Source: Octopus vulgaris (Eukaryota). Taken from it: DNA of 64,000 bases. Position numbers and translations under genes: made by a program. The stretch's first letter is position 1; every line of letters begins with the position of its first letter. Of this stretch, positions 37,613 through 51,490 are shown one piece after another. Location of the stretch: assembly GCA_951406725.2 (NCBI GenBank), contig OX597821.1, positions 64,480,001 through 64,544,000 on the forward strand. The letters are read 5' to 3'. The notes beneath the pieces are model-generated. The model saw only the letters and a list, made by a program, of their open reading frames with translations, was not told the origin of the DNA and made no database searches.

Positions 37613-39170
37613 AGAAATAGAATCAATATTGTTATGCCAACTTTGTGGGAACCCCTACGTAGTCGCTTCCTCCTTCATATAAAAAACCCCAGCCAAATTT
37701 GACTCAAATTGCTCCTTACCATCTAAAACAAAAATATTGCACATGGCTTACTGTAGTCCTAAATAGATATATACCTGGGATTATATATTCTCCATTTCGG
37801 CCTCGACCAAACTTGCAAATGGCTTTTGGTCAAATGTTATATGGAACCAACTAAAGTAAATACCAGCAATATCCAAACAAGACATTATCAATAGCATTAA
37901 ATGTAAATTCCCTTCAAGGGCAGCGGCCCAAAGAACGGTGTGGTGGACTATGTATAGAGAAGCAGATTAAAGCTCAATATGTATATATTCAGTGATAAAA
38001 CAGTTACTCTCACCTGGTAAACTGGGCAATGATTGTGTGAAAATTGAGTAAAATTTAAAATAAGCAAATTTAATAGGTTATAAGAGCCGGTTACTTCTTA
38101 CAACATGTTACATGTTGAAACATCAGTGTCTCAGAGTGTCGTGTGCTAATGAAATGGATATGTTGAACACACTATTATCGTAATGAGAAGAAGTTATTCT
38201 CCTAAGACAAACACTGCAGCGCCCAGCATATTTTGCCTCTGGACCTGCCTGAACGTTTAAGAATAAATATACAAATATTCGTTCTAGTCATAAGAGTCTC
38301 TTGCAGAGAAGCCAACGTTGAGCCATACATTGAGCAGGTAGAGATATGTAGCACTAGGTTATAGATTCAACTGTAACAAATCATGTTGTTCCCTGGCAGC
38401 CTTATTGCTTTACCGATTTTAGAGGGATTGAATGGATGGAGTCCTATCCTCTGCGATAATATCATTTAAACCACATCATATACGTAAACGCAGGAACGCA
38501 ATTTGGTTGGGAGTGTGAGCAAACCCAATTTTTCAGAAACAGTTTTCAAAACATTTTCATTGTCCTCTCCAACGCCAAAATTTAATGGTATGCGCTTGCA
38601 CGTCTTGTTTCCGAGTCTATGATCAAACATATACTTCTTATAATAATAATAATAATATTTTACATTAGAAAAAGACGACAAATTCATAGGACTAGTGGAT
38701 GTGGAACAAGTGCAAACGTAAAATCGAAACCGGTTCGATTTGAACTAGAACAGTAGATATATCGTAGTTATATAGTGAAACATGTTTATTCCGCTGCTTT
38801 ACATATCCTACCTCTTAACGGTCTTAAAAGCAATGATGTATTTCATAGGCGCCATAAATTAGTGTCTTTGTTTTTCAGACAGAGGCGTAGTCATTTAAAT
38901 CAATCTCAGCATCGGATCCCAGAGGGAAAACATAAAAATGAACCCCCAGTGGGATTTGAACTCATTACGTAAACAAATGAAACTGAATACTTTAAAGTCG
39001 TATAGTTCATTGTATTTTCATGTATATCTTATTAACCATTTCCAAATAATATATTATATAAGACACTGGAATATTTACAACTCAAAAATATTGATCTGAG
39101 CAGATGTTTAGAATTCTTTTCACAAGACATTTAAGTTAATAATTTTACACTCATTATTGTGCTTATTTTA

Positions 39171-39395
39171 AGGCGACGAGCTGGCAGAAGCGTTAGCACA
39201 CTGGGCGAAATACTAAACGATTTTTTTTGTCTGCCGTTACGTTCTGAGTTCAAATTCCGCCGAGGTCGACTTTGCTTTTCATCCATCCATTCAGGGTCGC
39301 TAAATTAAGTACCAATTGCATATTGGAGTCGATCTAATCGACTACCCCCGCTTCCCCAAAGTTTCGGGCCTTGTACCTAGAGCAGAAAAGAATTA
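39171..39395 (+). mobile_element. Monomeric SINE family B (AGAAAAGAAT tail variant)
   Basis: Full head and body; ends GGGCCTTGTACCTAGAGCAGAAAAGAAT. Confidence 0.9.
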
Positions 39396-39790
39396 TTAAG
39401 TTTGTTTTTGCCGATTGGCAACGACAACCATCACCACAACGACAACCACGATTAATCAACAGTGTAACTAATCTTCTCTAGTTCTATCATTCAATACTGT
39501 GATAATGATCACTACGTAACAGTACAGGTCACATTAAAATGTATTGTAGGTATTTCTTATAGATTTCTGCGTTTCCATTTCAAATGCCAACGAGGCAGAC
39601 TTTATATATCCTCAATTTTAAAATTTATCCACAGATGATATGAACAGTAGTGACATCTGATTTCAAATCTCAGTGTTTGAATGTTTTGCTTATAAATTTT
39701 TATGCACCATGTGCTCTGTTTTCGGCGCACAACAAAACCAGTTGCACTGTCAGGGTTTAACGTGATGGTTATGAATTATTACCCGGTAGG

Positions 39791-39845
39791 CCACACTGAT
39801 GAGGCCCAGGGTTTAAATACCCAAAAGCCGAAACCTGGTTTGTGG
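39791..39845 (+). ncRNA. Type I hammerhead ribozyme
   Basis: CCACA CTGATGA GGC..GGGT-TTAAAT-ACCC..GCC GAAA CCTGG TT TGTGG. Stem I 5 bp, complete core, very short stem III. Confidence 0.8.
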
Positions 39846-40172
39846 ATATCCCTAATTGCACAATATTTTTGTCTTGTGCAGTTAAATGTTTTAATTCTTT
39901 CTGGTTTCCTCGCATACTGTTTTTCTCTGTTATCTTGGTGCGTTACGGTGGATTAATTTAAGACTTTAGCACTTATTTCTAGCAGGTAGATGCTTGTTAA
40001 GCATCATTACGCATCGTGCAAATTCATAATTCATAGCTATATAATGCTATTGCACCTGCGATCCACCTATGTTACTGCTGGTGATATCATCAATTTTAAA
40101 ATTCATCCACAGATGATATGAACAATAGTGACATCTGATTTCAAAACTCAGTGTTTGAATGTTTTGCTTATA

Positions 40173-40205
<33 letters not shown>

Positions 40206-40219
40206 GCATATTTACATAC

Positions 40220-41081
40220 ATATATGTACATACCTACGTATATATATATATATGTATATATACATGCATATATGGGTGCAGGAATAAAAAAGAAACGTTA
40301 AACACAATGAGAAACGAATACATAAAAACAAAAACATAGAAAACGAAGTTTTTTCGAACAACGAAAAAAAAACAAACAAACAGAGAAACGAGACAGGCAA
40401 CATAAAAATGTTCCCCTTCATCAGTTGTCCCTGTTTCATCTACTCCGCGTTTACGATGTTAAGGACAATACGCGAATTCGTTGAAACAGTCCTTCCCGCA
40501 AAGCAAATTAAATAAAATTTGGGATTTTTTGCGGAGGGTCAAAGTGGTAACAATAACAGGACAGTGAGAACAAGACAGTAAAAACAAACGCTGAGGGCTA
40601 TTGAGCCAAGACGATATAAAAATTATTATGAACGCAAGGAGGACGAGCTATGAGAATAGACAGGTAATAGCATGTCTTGTCTTTAGGAAAGAAATGGACA
40701 GAAAGATAGATTCCCTCTCGTCAAATGTTAGCGACAAAAGAGTAAAGGAGGAATAGTGAGAGAGAGAGAGAGAGAGAACGGTGAGAGGAGAGGAGAAGAA
40801 TAGGGAAGGGTGGGAGAGAAAAAACAGAAAGGATGAAGTACAACAGAGGGAGAGAGATAGACAGAGAAGAGATAGTAGAGCTAGAAGAGTGCGCATCGTA
40901 ATTATTAAGATAAAACTTACTTGGAAAAGGATGCGTGACGTTCGATCATATAATAATATAAATAGTATATAAATAAATGCATATATACATATATGTACAT
41001 ACCTACATATATATGCATATATACATGCACATATGGGTACAGGACATAAAAAAAAAAACGTTAAACACAATGAGAAAAGAA
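40220..41081 (-). mobile_element. Probable PLE remnant with ~95-bp terminal direct repeat
   Basis: ATATATGTACATACCTAC...GGGTRCAGGA..AAACGTTAAACACAATGAGAAA at about 40220-40318 and 40989-41081; embedded in TA-rich repeats. Confidence 0.5.
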
Positions 41082-41084
41082 GAC

Positions 41085-41115
<31 letters not shown>

Positions 41116-41117
41116 GG

Positions 41118-41149
<32 letters not shown>

Positions 41150-41220
41150 ACTATATATTGAGTGATTCGTTTCGAATGTGAAGAGAATCTCCAGAGATAG
41201 AGATAGGAATAGATAGATAG

Positions 41221-41295
<75 letters not shown>

Positions 41296-41400
41296 ACTAT
41301 ATATTAGATCTATAGTGGTTTAATCCATTAAAATGCTGTTCTAGATTCTGTATCAACTACCAGAATGCAAAATACTCTTCAGTAATATGATCCAACGACC

Positions 41401-41628
41401 GGCGAGCTTGGCAGAAACGTTAGCACGCCGGGCGAAATGCTTAGCGGTATTTCGTCTGCGTTACGTTGTGAGTTCAAATTCCGCCGAGGTCGACTTTGCC
41501 TTTCATCCTTTTGGGGTCGATAAATTAAGTACCAGTTACGCACTGGGGTCGATGTAATCGACTTAATACCTATGTCTGTCCTTGTTTGTCCGCTCTGTGT
41601 TTAGCCTCTTGTGGGTAATAAAGAAATA
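41401..41628 (+). mobile_element. SINE family B (LINE-tail variant), full length
   Basis: Head GGCGAGCTTGGCAGAAACG through GGGTAATAAAGAAATA. Confidence 0.92.
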
Positions 41629-42247
41629 GGTTAGCCTCTAAGAAATAATAACCAAGTCTCCTCATCCCACTTCCTATTAAAACGAAAGAAAACAAAAAAG
41701 CACATTATATACCCAAGACGAAACCAGAATGGAACGGCTTTGTTTATTTTAATTTGTAATGTTACCCGACCAAGGGTTAAATAACAAGAAAATATCATGT
41801 TACAAAAGCAGTAACTCATACAGAGATCTCTATGGGGGTATACTCAGACATATATGCGTCATTTATTCAAATGACTACAGAATCATAAATTAAAAGATAT
41901 TTCACACTCAAATGTTTCGTTGCACTAATGAATAATTGTTATAAAAATAATTATTTCTTTCCTCAGGGCAAAGTAATATTTGTTCTGGAATCGATGGAGT
42001 GAATTGAATCGATTCCAATATAAAGAAAATGTATTATCAAGTGGGAAGTATAAAGCATAATTGACCAAAGTGAGATTAATTTCAGAACATATTTATTAAT
42101 GCAAAATCATACAAACGTTTTCTAATATCCTATAATAAATCCTTATAAAACTGTAGGTCACCAACTATGTATTAACATTTGAATAACATACTCTACTACG
42201 CTACAGTATAACACATGCATAGATGCGCACATACATAATACATAGAT

Positions 42248-42364
<117 letters not shown>

Positions 42365-42374
42365 CATGCATGTA

Positions 42375-42701
42375 TATATGAAATACAGTGTACAATTAAA
42401 CACATTAAGAGGTAAACCCCGCATAGAACTTCCTTACGCTAGAAGGAACAGCTAAAGTCCAAAACAATTAGGGATAGATTCTCGAAGAGAATGAAAAATA
42501 AAAACATTTACCATTTATTCCAATTTGGACCATGATTTCTGACATGGTCCAGGAAATTAGATGGTAAATGTTTTTATTTTTCATTACCTTCGAGAATTTA
42601 TCCCTAAGTAGTGGTTTGGACTTTAGCTGTTCCTTCTAGCGTAAGGGAGTCCTATGAGGGATACCTCTTAATGCGTTTAAATGTACACTGTATTTTATAT
42701 A
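42375..42701. repeat. ~325-bp foldback palindrome
   Basis: ~160-bp arms around an 8-nt spacer (GGACCATG-ATTTCTGA-CATGGTCC). Confidence 0.9.
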
Positions 42702-42846
42702 AATAATAAAATGTCTATTGACTCATTTTGCCATACGCTTGTCCACTAGTAGTAAAAAATTTCTAAAATCTTTATTACGCTGATATTATTAATTTTATAT
42801 CTGTATGTATATACGTATATATATATATCTATCTATATCTCTCTCT

Positions 42847-42924
<78 letters not shown>

Positions 42925-43001
42925 GTATGTATTTATATCCTTAAAATCCTTAAAAGTGTTTTAGCCCGAAAGCCGCGGCCATGCTGGGGCACCATATATA
43001 T

Positions 43002-43380
43002 ACTTTTTTATTTGTTTCAGTCATTTAACTGCAGCCATAGTGGAGCACCGCCTTAAATGGTTTTAGTCGAAGAAATCGACCCCAGGACTTATTCTTTGTA
43101 TGCCTAGTAGAGATTCTATCGGTCTCTTTTACCGAAACGCTAATTTACGGGGACATAAACACACCAGCATCGGTTGTCAAGCGATGTTTGGGTACAAACA
43201 CAGACACACAAGCTCATATATATATATATATATACCTATATACGACGGGCTTCTTTCAGTTTCCGTCTACCAAATCCAGTCACAAGGCTTTGGTCGTCCA
43301 AAGCTATAGTAGAAGACACTTGCCCAAGTTGCCACGCAGTGGGACTGAACCCGGAACCATGTGGTTGGTAAGCAAGTTGC
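43002..43380 (-). mobile_element. SINE family A
   Basis: Reverse match to family A. Confidence 0.9.
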
Positions 43381-43946
43381 TAGAGTTTTATAAAAAAATT
43401 TCAAAAATTTGTAGAATTCAATAAAAGTAAGTTCGTATACCTATAAATATTCAGGAACTTTGCTTAACTTGAAACGAGTGTCTCAGCAACTAGTTTGCTT
43501 CACTGTTTTTCCCAATGTGAAAGGAACGGATCAGCATTTTTCCAGATGATATAGTCATAAAACAAATTTGCTGGTAGCCGTAACGCAAACGCGGTGTACA
43601 GTAGAGTATTCTCTAATCTTGTATATAAATCTGGTGACTCTAAACTAGTTTCCATAAAGTAGACAAATGGAAAAGAACTTATTAATTCCTTGTAATCTGA
43701 TCACATTCCTTGAATTCGCTCTTCTACATTACAAAATTCATAAATAATCTTTTCTATGACGTGACACATATTTGCCGAACGATAAATCTTATAACATCTA
43801 ACATACAAAAAAAAACAACAAAAAATATTCAAAGGAATATCTTATTGTTTGATTTCAATATTGTTTACAATGTAACTTCTTTTCAACAAGCAAAATTCAA
43901 TTTAAGATAAATGGCTGCGAATATATGAAGATTGCATTCATTTAAA

Positions 43947-44046
43947 NNNNNNNNNNNNNNNNNNNNNNNNNNNNNNNNNNNNNNNNNNNNNNNNNNNNNN
44001 NNNNNNNNNNNNNNNNNNNNNNNNNNNNNNNNNNNNNNNNNNNNNN
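43947..44046. other. Assembly gap (100 N)
   Basis: Run of N. Confidence 1.
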
Positions 44047-45922
44047 AAATTGAAATTGATATAACAGACATTTAAACAACATCAGCGAAACATTACTATA
44101 AAAGACTCTCAGTAACAAGTAGAACAACATTCATAAATATATTATTCATCTTCCCAGCTTTTAGTCCAACTCACAGAAAATTAAATATCACTTCTTTACA
44201 TCAAGTGTCCACTTCGAGAAATGTTGATTCAATGATTTTAATGTCTGTTCTCTTATAATATACAAAGCGAAAAGTAAGATTAATTTGAAGTAATCTGTTC
44301 ATAGTTCTCAGGTTTATGATTTAATAACACGTTTGACGTAGTGGTAAAAGTAGTATTCGATATTTTTTCCTGATGCATATTATGATAACAGAATTTTTAG
44401 ACAAGATTTCAGAGACAAACAAGTGCTAGAAAAAAATGAACATAACGTATTCTGGAATAATCTTACAAATGTATCACTTCTATATTCATTATTTAATACT
44501 TTCAAGGGAATTGGATGGCCGAAGCGGTAGTACAAAGTATTAATTCATAGTGATATTTACTTAATTTATTGCTGTGAGTTCAAATCCTATTGGTGTTAAC
44601 TTTCTCCTACTTCTCACTAAGCTCCCCATTAAGTACTGGAATTATTTTAATCGTGTTTTCCCTTCTTTCCAAAGATTATTTTATATTTTCAGTCTCCGTG
44701 TTAATGTTTTTTCTTAATCAATCATAAATTTTGTGTACATGTGTAGTTGCGTCTACAGCATAGCAATTCATAGTAATTTCAATTTATAATTGGGATTGAT
44801 AGCAAATGACTTTTTCTTGCAATGAACTACTGACTGAGCGTTTGTGTGTGTTCATGTCTGTGTACCTTTGATTATATGAGAAAATGTAAATAATTTAAGG
44901 TTTCTTACATGATTTTCTTTTCATTTCATATTGCCAATACTAGTCTCTCTTTTAGATTGTTTCATTCTAGAATTTGGCAGATATATAAACACTACACCTA
45001 ATAGAGTATGCGTCGTTCTGACTACATCGATTCTGAATGAAAGTCCATTGTTGTAACAAGATATTGCCGTTGATAGACCTGTTTGTTCTGTACTGCCTTT
45101 TATAAACTTATAAAATCTTATTGTTGAAAAAAAAAAGACTATATATACATTCCTGTAATAAATGAATCTTTGATTGTGGCAAAGTAACAAAGGAGATGTT
45201 TTAATAAAACGCCGACGTTATTCTTCTAAAGCAAATTGATATTGGGAATAAATTACAAAGGATTTATGAGTAGAATATTGTGGAATATAGTAGAAAACAC
45301 AAAAGTAAAAAACACTTCTTGAATTAATATTTGCTCTATAGATATTCTTAAACTTGAAGTCAGTATTGCACAGAGAATATTGCAACGGATATTAGTTGTT
45401 TCATTACTTAGTTTTATCATTCAAATAGCATGCGATCATATCTCAGGGGAGTTTGTTTAGGAATTCACACAATATACTGTAGCGGGAATATAGTGTCATG
45501 TTCTGTTAAGAGTGGTTAGATAGATTTGTTAAGAGGTTAAGATTATACACTTAGTTGCTACGGGGTCGCATCTTAAAAAGGGTTAGGTCATGTATCTTAT
45601 CAGAAAAACTGTCTCAAATATAAATAGAAAACTGTGCAATAGCTAGTTGAATACATGTTGGTGATTTGGTGATAATAACACGTAGTTGATCGTATTAGGA
45701 TGGTAGTATGTGTCTGCTCGACTAAAATAAGTTTAACATGAGATTGCCAGTTAAGGACAAACCGAAAAATCTCATTACTACTGCAAACTTCATTCGGGAT
45801 TATTTCACTCTCCTACACAAGATACCAAGTAGAAACCATTTCATAAAAGTGTGAACAACTTATCTACACATTTGCATATGATTCAAAATTGAGTAAAAAT
45901 TATTAGAGCTAGAAAGACACAT

Positions 45923-46224
45923 GTTTGTTCCTTCTCGAGCCACACCTGGCTCATAAGGCCCAGTTTCCCGGTTTCTTTGGCGTATAGGTTCCCCACCTGC
46001 ACGGGACACCGGTCCGTCGCAGGTGAACTGCAAGATGCAGGAGGAAAGAGTGAGAAAAAGCTGTGGCGAAAGAGTCAGCAGACGTCGCCATTACCTTCTG
46101 CCGGAGCTGCGTGGAGCTTAACTGTTTTCGCTCATAAACACACACATCGCTCGGTCTGAGATTCGAACCCACTATCCCTCGACCGCGAGTCCGCTGCTCT
46201 AACCGCTAGGCCCCATGTGCCTCC
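45923..46224 (-). mobile_element. SINE family C, full length
   Basis: Minus head GGAGGCACATGGGGCCTAGCGGTTAGAGCAGCGGACTCGCGG...GGGTTCGAATCTC; imperfect TSD AGAAAGAC(GC)ACAT. Confidence 0.9.
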
Positions 46225-47476
46225 ACAGAAAGACGCACATAGGAGCCAGACTAAATACAATCAGCAGTACAAAGTATAAATTCATGGTGATATTTACGTA
46301 ATTTATTGCTGTGAGTTCAAATCCTATCAGTTCTAACTTTCTCTTATTTCTCACTAAGCACTCCTTTAAGTCCTGGAATTATTTTAATTGCGTTTTTTCT
46401 TCTTTCCAAAGATAATTTTATATTTTAAATTCATTGTGATATTCACGTCATTTATTGCTATGAGTTCAAATCCTCCCTGTCTATATATATGTTCATAACA
46501 CATTATGTAAGATGCGCTGTTCATGAGTACTTTGTCTTAAAAATTCTATCATTACTATGCTGCATCACAATCTGGGCGTCATGAAAAGTAGAGGAGAGTG
46601 GATCCTGTAAAATTGTTAATCAAGAATTATATTTGATAGATCGATCTCCAGTGCAAAAAAAAAAAAAACGGTTTGACACCTCGTATTTGTATAGATATAC
46701 GTAAACATGCGTGTGTGGGTAAGTGCGGGCGCGCGTTTTATTTGTGTTTGATTTGCATAAACGTAAAAAACTAGATTTCATTAGACCAAATAAGGAAAAT
46801 GTAGAAAATATGTGTGTGTGTTTGTGTCGAGGGGAGATCTGTATAGTTTTGTTCTACACAGAATTAGAGACCGTGGCACAACGGTAGATTTGTATGTTGT
46901 TTGCATTGATTTATATAGCAACTACGTGCTTATACAAATGTTCGTCTATGTTCATGCACTTGCCTTCCTACGTTGATGTGTCCATCGGTGCATATGTCAG
47001 TGCTGCATACGTGCACATGTGTGTGAATGTATGAGTGTCTCTACATGAATGAAAAATTTAGAGTGAGTAGTACATTCCAAAATAGTATATGTTTGTAGTA
47101 GTGAGATTATGCAACCTCACATGGCAATAAAATTCTAGTTCCTCTTACATTATAGACTGCGTTGCTACGAAACGTTCCACATGATATCATTGATAAAATT
47201 TGTCTCGTCATCTAGAAGTAAAAAAAAAAAAAATCTCCCGAAACATTATGATAACATTTGACCGCTAGAGGTCATTGCTGTGCCGCCGTCGAATTCGGTT
47301 TCATGGGTCAACTACGGCATACACTATAGATTTCGAAAACATATGTAAGTATATAAACGTATGTGAATCATGTGTACACATGAATATGTGTTGTACACGC
47401 GCATGTTACTACGTTGGTATATGCACGTGTCAGTCGTGTCACATATGCAAATATATGAAAACCATATATTCAGGGA

Positions 47477-47520
<44 letters not shown>

Positions 47521-47570
47521 CATACATATACATACAATTAGATACATATATATGTATATATGCATATATG

Positions 47571-47632
<62 letters not shown>

Positions 47633-47727
47633 CACACACAAACACATATACAAACATGCATAACACGCACAAGCAGACACACACACATACATGTATCTGT
47701 CTATCTATCTATCTATCTATACATCTA

Positions 47728-47811
<84 letters not shown>

Positions 47812-47869
47812 TACATAGACAGATTAATAAATAATAGATAGGAAATAGATACATACACCAATATATCTA

Positions 47870-48275
47870 TCAGGCTGTCGGATGTGTTTATACACCGCTG
47901 GTCTCAATGCGCTTCCACGCATTATTTTAGGGGCGGTGAGAGAGTGATGGAATGCAGTTGGTGACAAAGAAGCTCGAAAACACTCAGGTAATACATACAT
48001 TTATCACTGTAACGTTGTATCGATAAGACTGTCGGATATGGTTAGACACCGTTTATCACAATGCGCTTCTTCGTGTTATTCTAACCTTCATACGATGATA
48101 TATCTCTCTCTGGCTAGGCGGCAGTCAAACGTTCTCCCTTGAACAGGGTGTCACTCCGTCGCAAGATTATTTAGAGCTAAGTAAAATGAAGTGTTTTACT
48201 ACTACTCTGGGAATCGAAGCCACGACCTGGCAATTCTAAGAGCAACACTCTAACCAGTAAGCTACGCATTATTCA
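47870..48275 (-). mobile_element. Old SINE remnants carrying the tail of 449-752 (two copies)
   Basis: CTGTCGGATRTG...ACACCG...CAATGCGCTTC at about 47875 and 48029; matches 480-520. Confidence 0.55.
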
Positions 48276-48294
48276 CACACACACACTGGCACAA

Positions 48295-48592
48295 CATTGA
48301 TTACAACGACCAGTGTCCCAGCTGACCCGATCAACGAAATAGCCTGCTCGTGACATTAATGTACCAGTGGCTCAGCACTCCACAAACATGCGCGTGCCCT
48401 TACCGTAGTTCTCAGCGGGATTTTGGCGTGGGACAAGGTTGGCCTTTTGAATAGCAAGTACTACTCATTTGTGCCAGCTGAGTTAACTGGAGCAGTGTGA
48501 AATAAGGTGTGAATAAAGGGCACAACGCTCCGTTGGGTTTTGGACTTACGATTTTATGATTGTGAGCCGAATAACCCAAACACTAGGGCGCA
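48295..48592 (-). mobile_element. Old SINE family D
   Basis: Reverse match to 60829-61133. Confidence 0.75.
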
Positions 48593-48664
48593 CATGCATG
48601 CAGAAACACACATACAAACATACACACACACCACTCATATGATATACACATACAAAGTGAATTA

Positions 48665-49093
48665 TGAGGGGTTGCTGAAATGTTCTTGGTTTTCGGTAAA
48701 AAAAAAATTACAGGAGGATCAGTTAATTATGATTGTATTCAACATATTCCCCTCTCAGATTTACACATTTATTGCAGTGATCCTTCAGTTTTTCTAAGCC
48801 CTGCAAAAGATCTCAGAAGTTTGGGCTTCCATCTACGCCTTTCGCGACACCCTTAAAGACAGAAACTTTGCAGCTACCCCTCCCACTCGCCTGATATATA
48901 AATACAAACTGAATTATGAGGATGGGGGCTGAAAAATTCCTGGTTTTGGGTAAAAGAAAAAATATATAAGAGGGTCGGTTATTGCAGCAGTCCTTCAGTT
49001 TTTCTAAGCCCTGCCAAAGAACTTGGAAGGTTGGGCATCCAAAGAAGCCTTTCGCGATACCGTTAAAGTCAGGAACTTTTCAGCAGACCCTCG
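48665..49093. mobile_element. Two tandem mariner-type MITE copies
   Basis: TIRs GAGGGGTTGCTGAAA.GTTC.TGG.TTT / AAAG.CAGGAACTTTTCAGCA.ACCCTC; copies at 48665-48882 and 48917-49093. Confidence 0.75.
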
Positions 49094-49394
49094 CATAAAT
49101 AGAAAAACAAATAAAATATGTGAATATAGACGAAGGCACATGCACATAAATACAAACACACACTTGTATATATAAATAGACGAAATACTCAGATATTTCA
49201 AATTTCAATATATATTGGATAGAAATATAATGCGCAGCTTAATGCGTCCAAAAATTTACCTATTATATTCTCAGATTGATAATGTTTGAATACATTCATG
49301 TGTATATATGCGAGTATGGGCGTGTCGGGTTGGGGAGGATTGTTTGTTTTATTTACGCAGAACGATACATACGCATAGATGTCTAATGACGAAA

Positions 49395-49438
<44 letters not shown>

Positions 49439-49779
49439 GTGTGTGTGTGTGTGTGTGTGTTACGGGCGTGCACGCACTCACTCACTCACATACACGCACA
49501 CATTCATTTAGGCATAAACACACATGCAGACACACATAGGTATATCTACACGTATACATAATACGTTTTGCGTGAAAATAGGGTAATCATTAAGAAATTT
49601 AAGCACACACCCACCAACATACACTTTCTTGTAAGCATGAACACACACACATACATATATATACCCATACATGCACATACATATATACATATATATATTT
49701 TATAAATATGTATTTGTATTTTGTTTTTTCGTGAACTCTTCCCCTATATATATATACATACATACATATATATATATAT

Positions 49780-49811
<32 letters not shown>

Positions 49812-50502
49812 TTATCTACATATACATATATATATATTATATACATATATATATATATATTATATACATATATATATTATATACATATATATATATTATA
49901 TACATATATATATATATATTATATATATACATATATATATACCGTATATATACACATACACCCATATATATATACTCACATATATACGTACAAAAGGACA
50001 CATAAACATATACATCCGCACATATAGGCACACACACATACACATATAGAAAGAGAAACAGATAGGTGGATCGAGAGAGAGAGAGAGGGAGAGAAAGGGA
50101 GGGGACAGAGAAAGGGAGACAGTGACATACGAAAGATATTGTTGTTGCGGGCATGGTAAGAGGTGGGGCGAGTAGGAGTAGGTGTGCGTGTTCATAAATG
50201 TGATATTATTGGATATCTGTTAACGTGATACCTCGAATTGGATTTTATCACATTACACAGCCAGCTATATTGGTCTCTGTTGACACTGTTTCCAGCTTTA
50301 ACCCTGATATGCATTGCTATGTTACAAGAGCTGTTTTTACTGAATCATCTTCATTACATACCTTGCACATTTTATATTAGATTTTAGATTAAAGATAGCG
50401 ACGAATTGAAGATACTGAGCCTAGATGAAATGAAGGAAAAATGAAAGAATAATAGGATGAAAGGGAGAAAGATAGCGAAAGGGAGAAAGAGGATAGTAAT
50501 AA

Positions 50503-50548
<46 letters not shown>

Positions 50549-50707
50549 GAGAAGACCAATATATGAAATGGAAATAAATAAAACAAATAATAAGAGAGGT
50601 AAAAAGGGAAATACACCATCTGCAATCATTACAGTGTTCATCAAAATGTAGGATTCAATCAACGTGTTGAGATAAAACACAACTGATATATATATATATA
50701 TATATAT

Positions 50708-50760
50708 GAGCTTCCTGATGATTTCTTTTGAAGGAAACAGTTCTAGTCCTGTAGAAGCTC
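50708..50760 (+). ncRNA. Type I hammerhead ribozyme, fully paired
   Basis: GAGCTTC CTGATGA TTTC-TTTT-GAAG GAAA CAG-TTCTAGTC-CTG TA GAAGCTC; predicted cleavage after A50753 (GUA). Confidence 0.88.
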
Positions 50761-50841
50761 CTTCTATAAAATAAATTAATTTACTCTGCTATGTATTGAG
50801 TACCTTATTTACTGTGGTTAACCCCGACTCAACCCGGGACC

Positions 50842-50892
<51 letters not shown>

Positions 50893-50988
50893 GTGTGTGT
50901 ACGTGTCTGTATGTGTGTGTGTTTGTGTGTATGTATGTATATACAGTATATATACGTATGTATTTATGTATACTTTACTGTTCCATAG

Positions 50989-51044
<56 letters not shown>

Positions 51045-51062
51045 GAATATATACACACACAG

Positions 51063-51097
<35 letters not shown>

Positions 51098-51403
51098 CAC
51101 ATATTAGTTATATCATAGAATTTTAATCTGTGAATAGTGTGTTCTTGTGTGTTAGCCAGTCCTCCTTTGTTTGTACCATGTGACTTTCCAGTTCAATGGA
51201 ACATTTGAGAGAAAGGGAGTGGAGAAAGTGAGAGAATTTGTAAGGAAAGAATATGAAGGTAAGCTTGAGACATATACGTATGTAAAACCATGAACAATGA
51301 AGATGCATTATCAATGGTTTATTTAGCTTACACGCGTTTCGAACTGTCTAGTACAACACAAGCATTGAATATTGCGGTATCTATCTATTTATCTATCTAT
51401 CTG

Positions 51404-51490
<87 letters not shown>

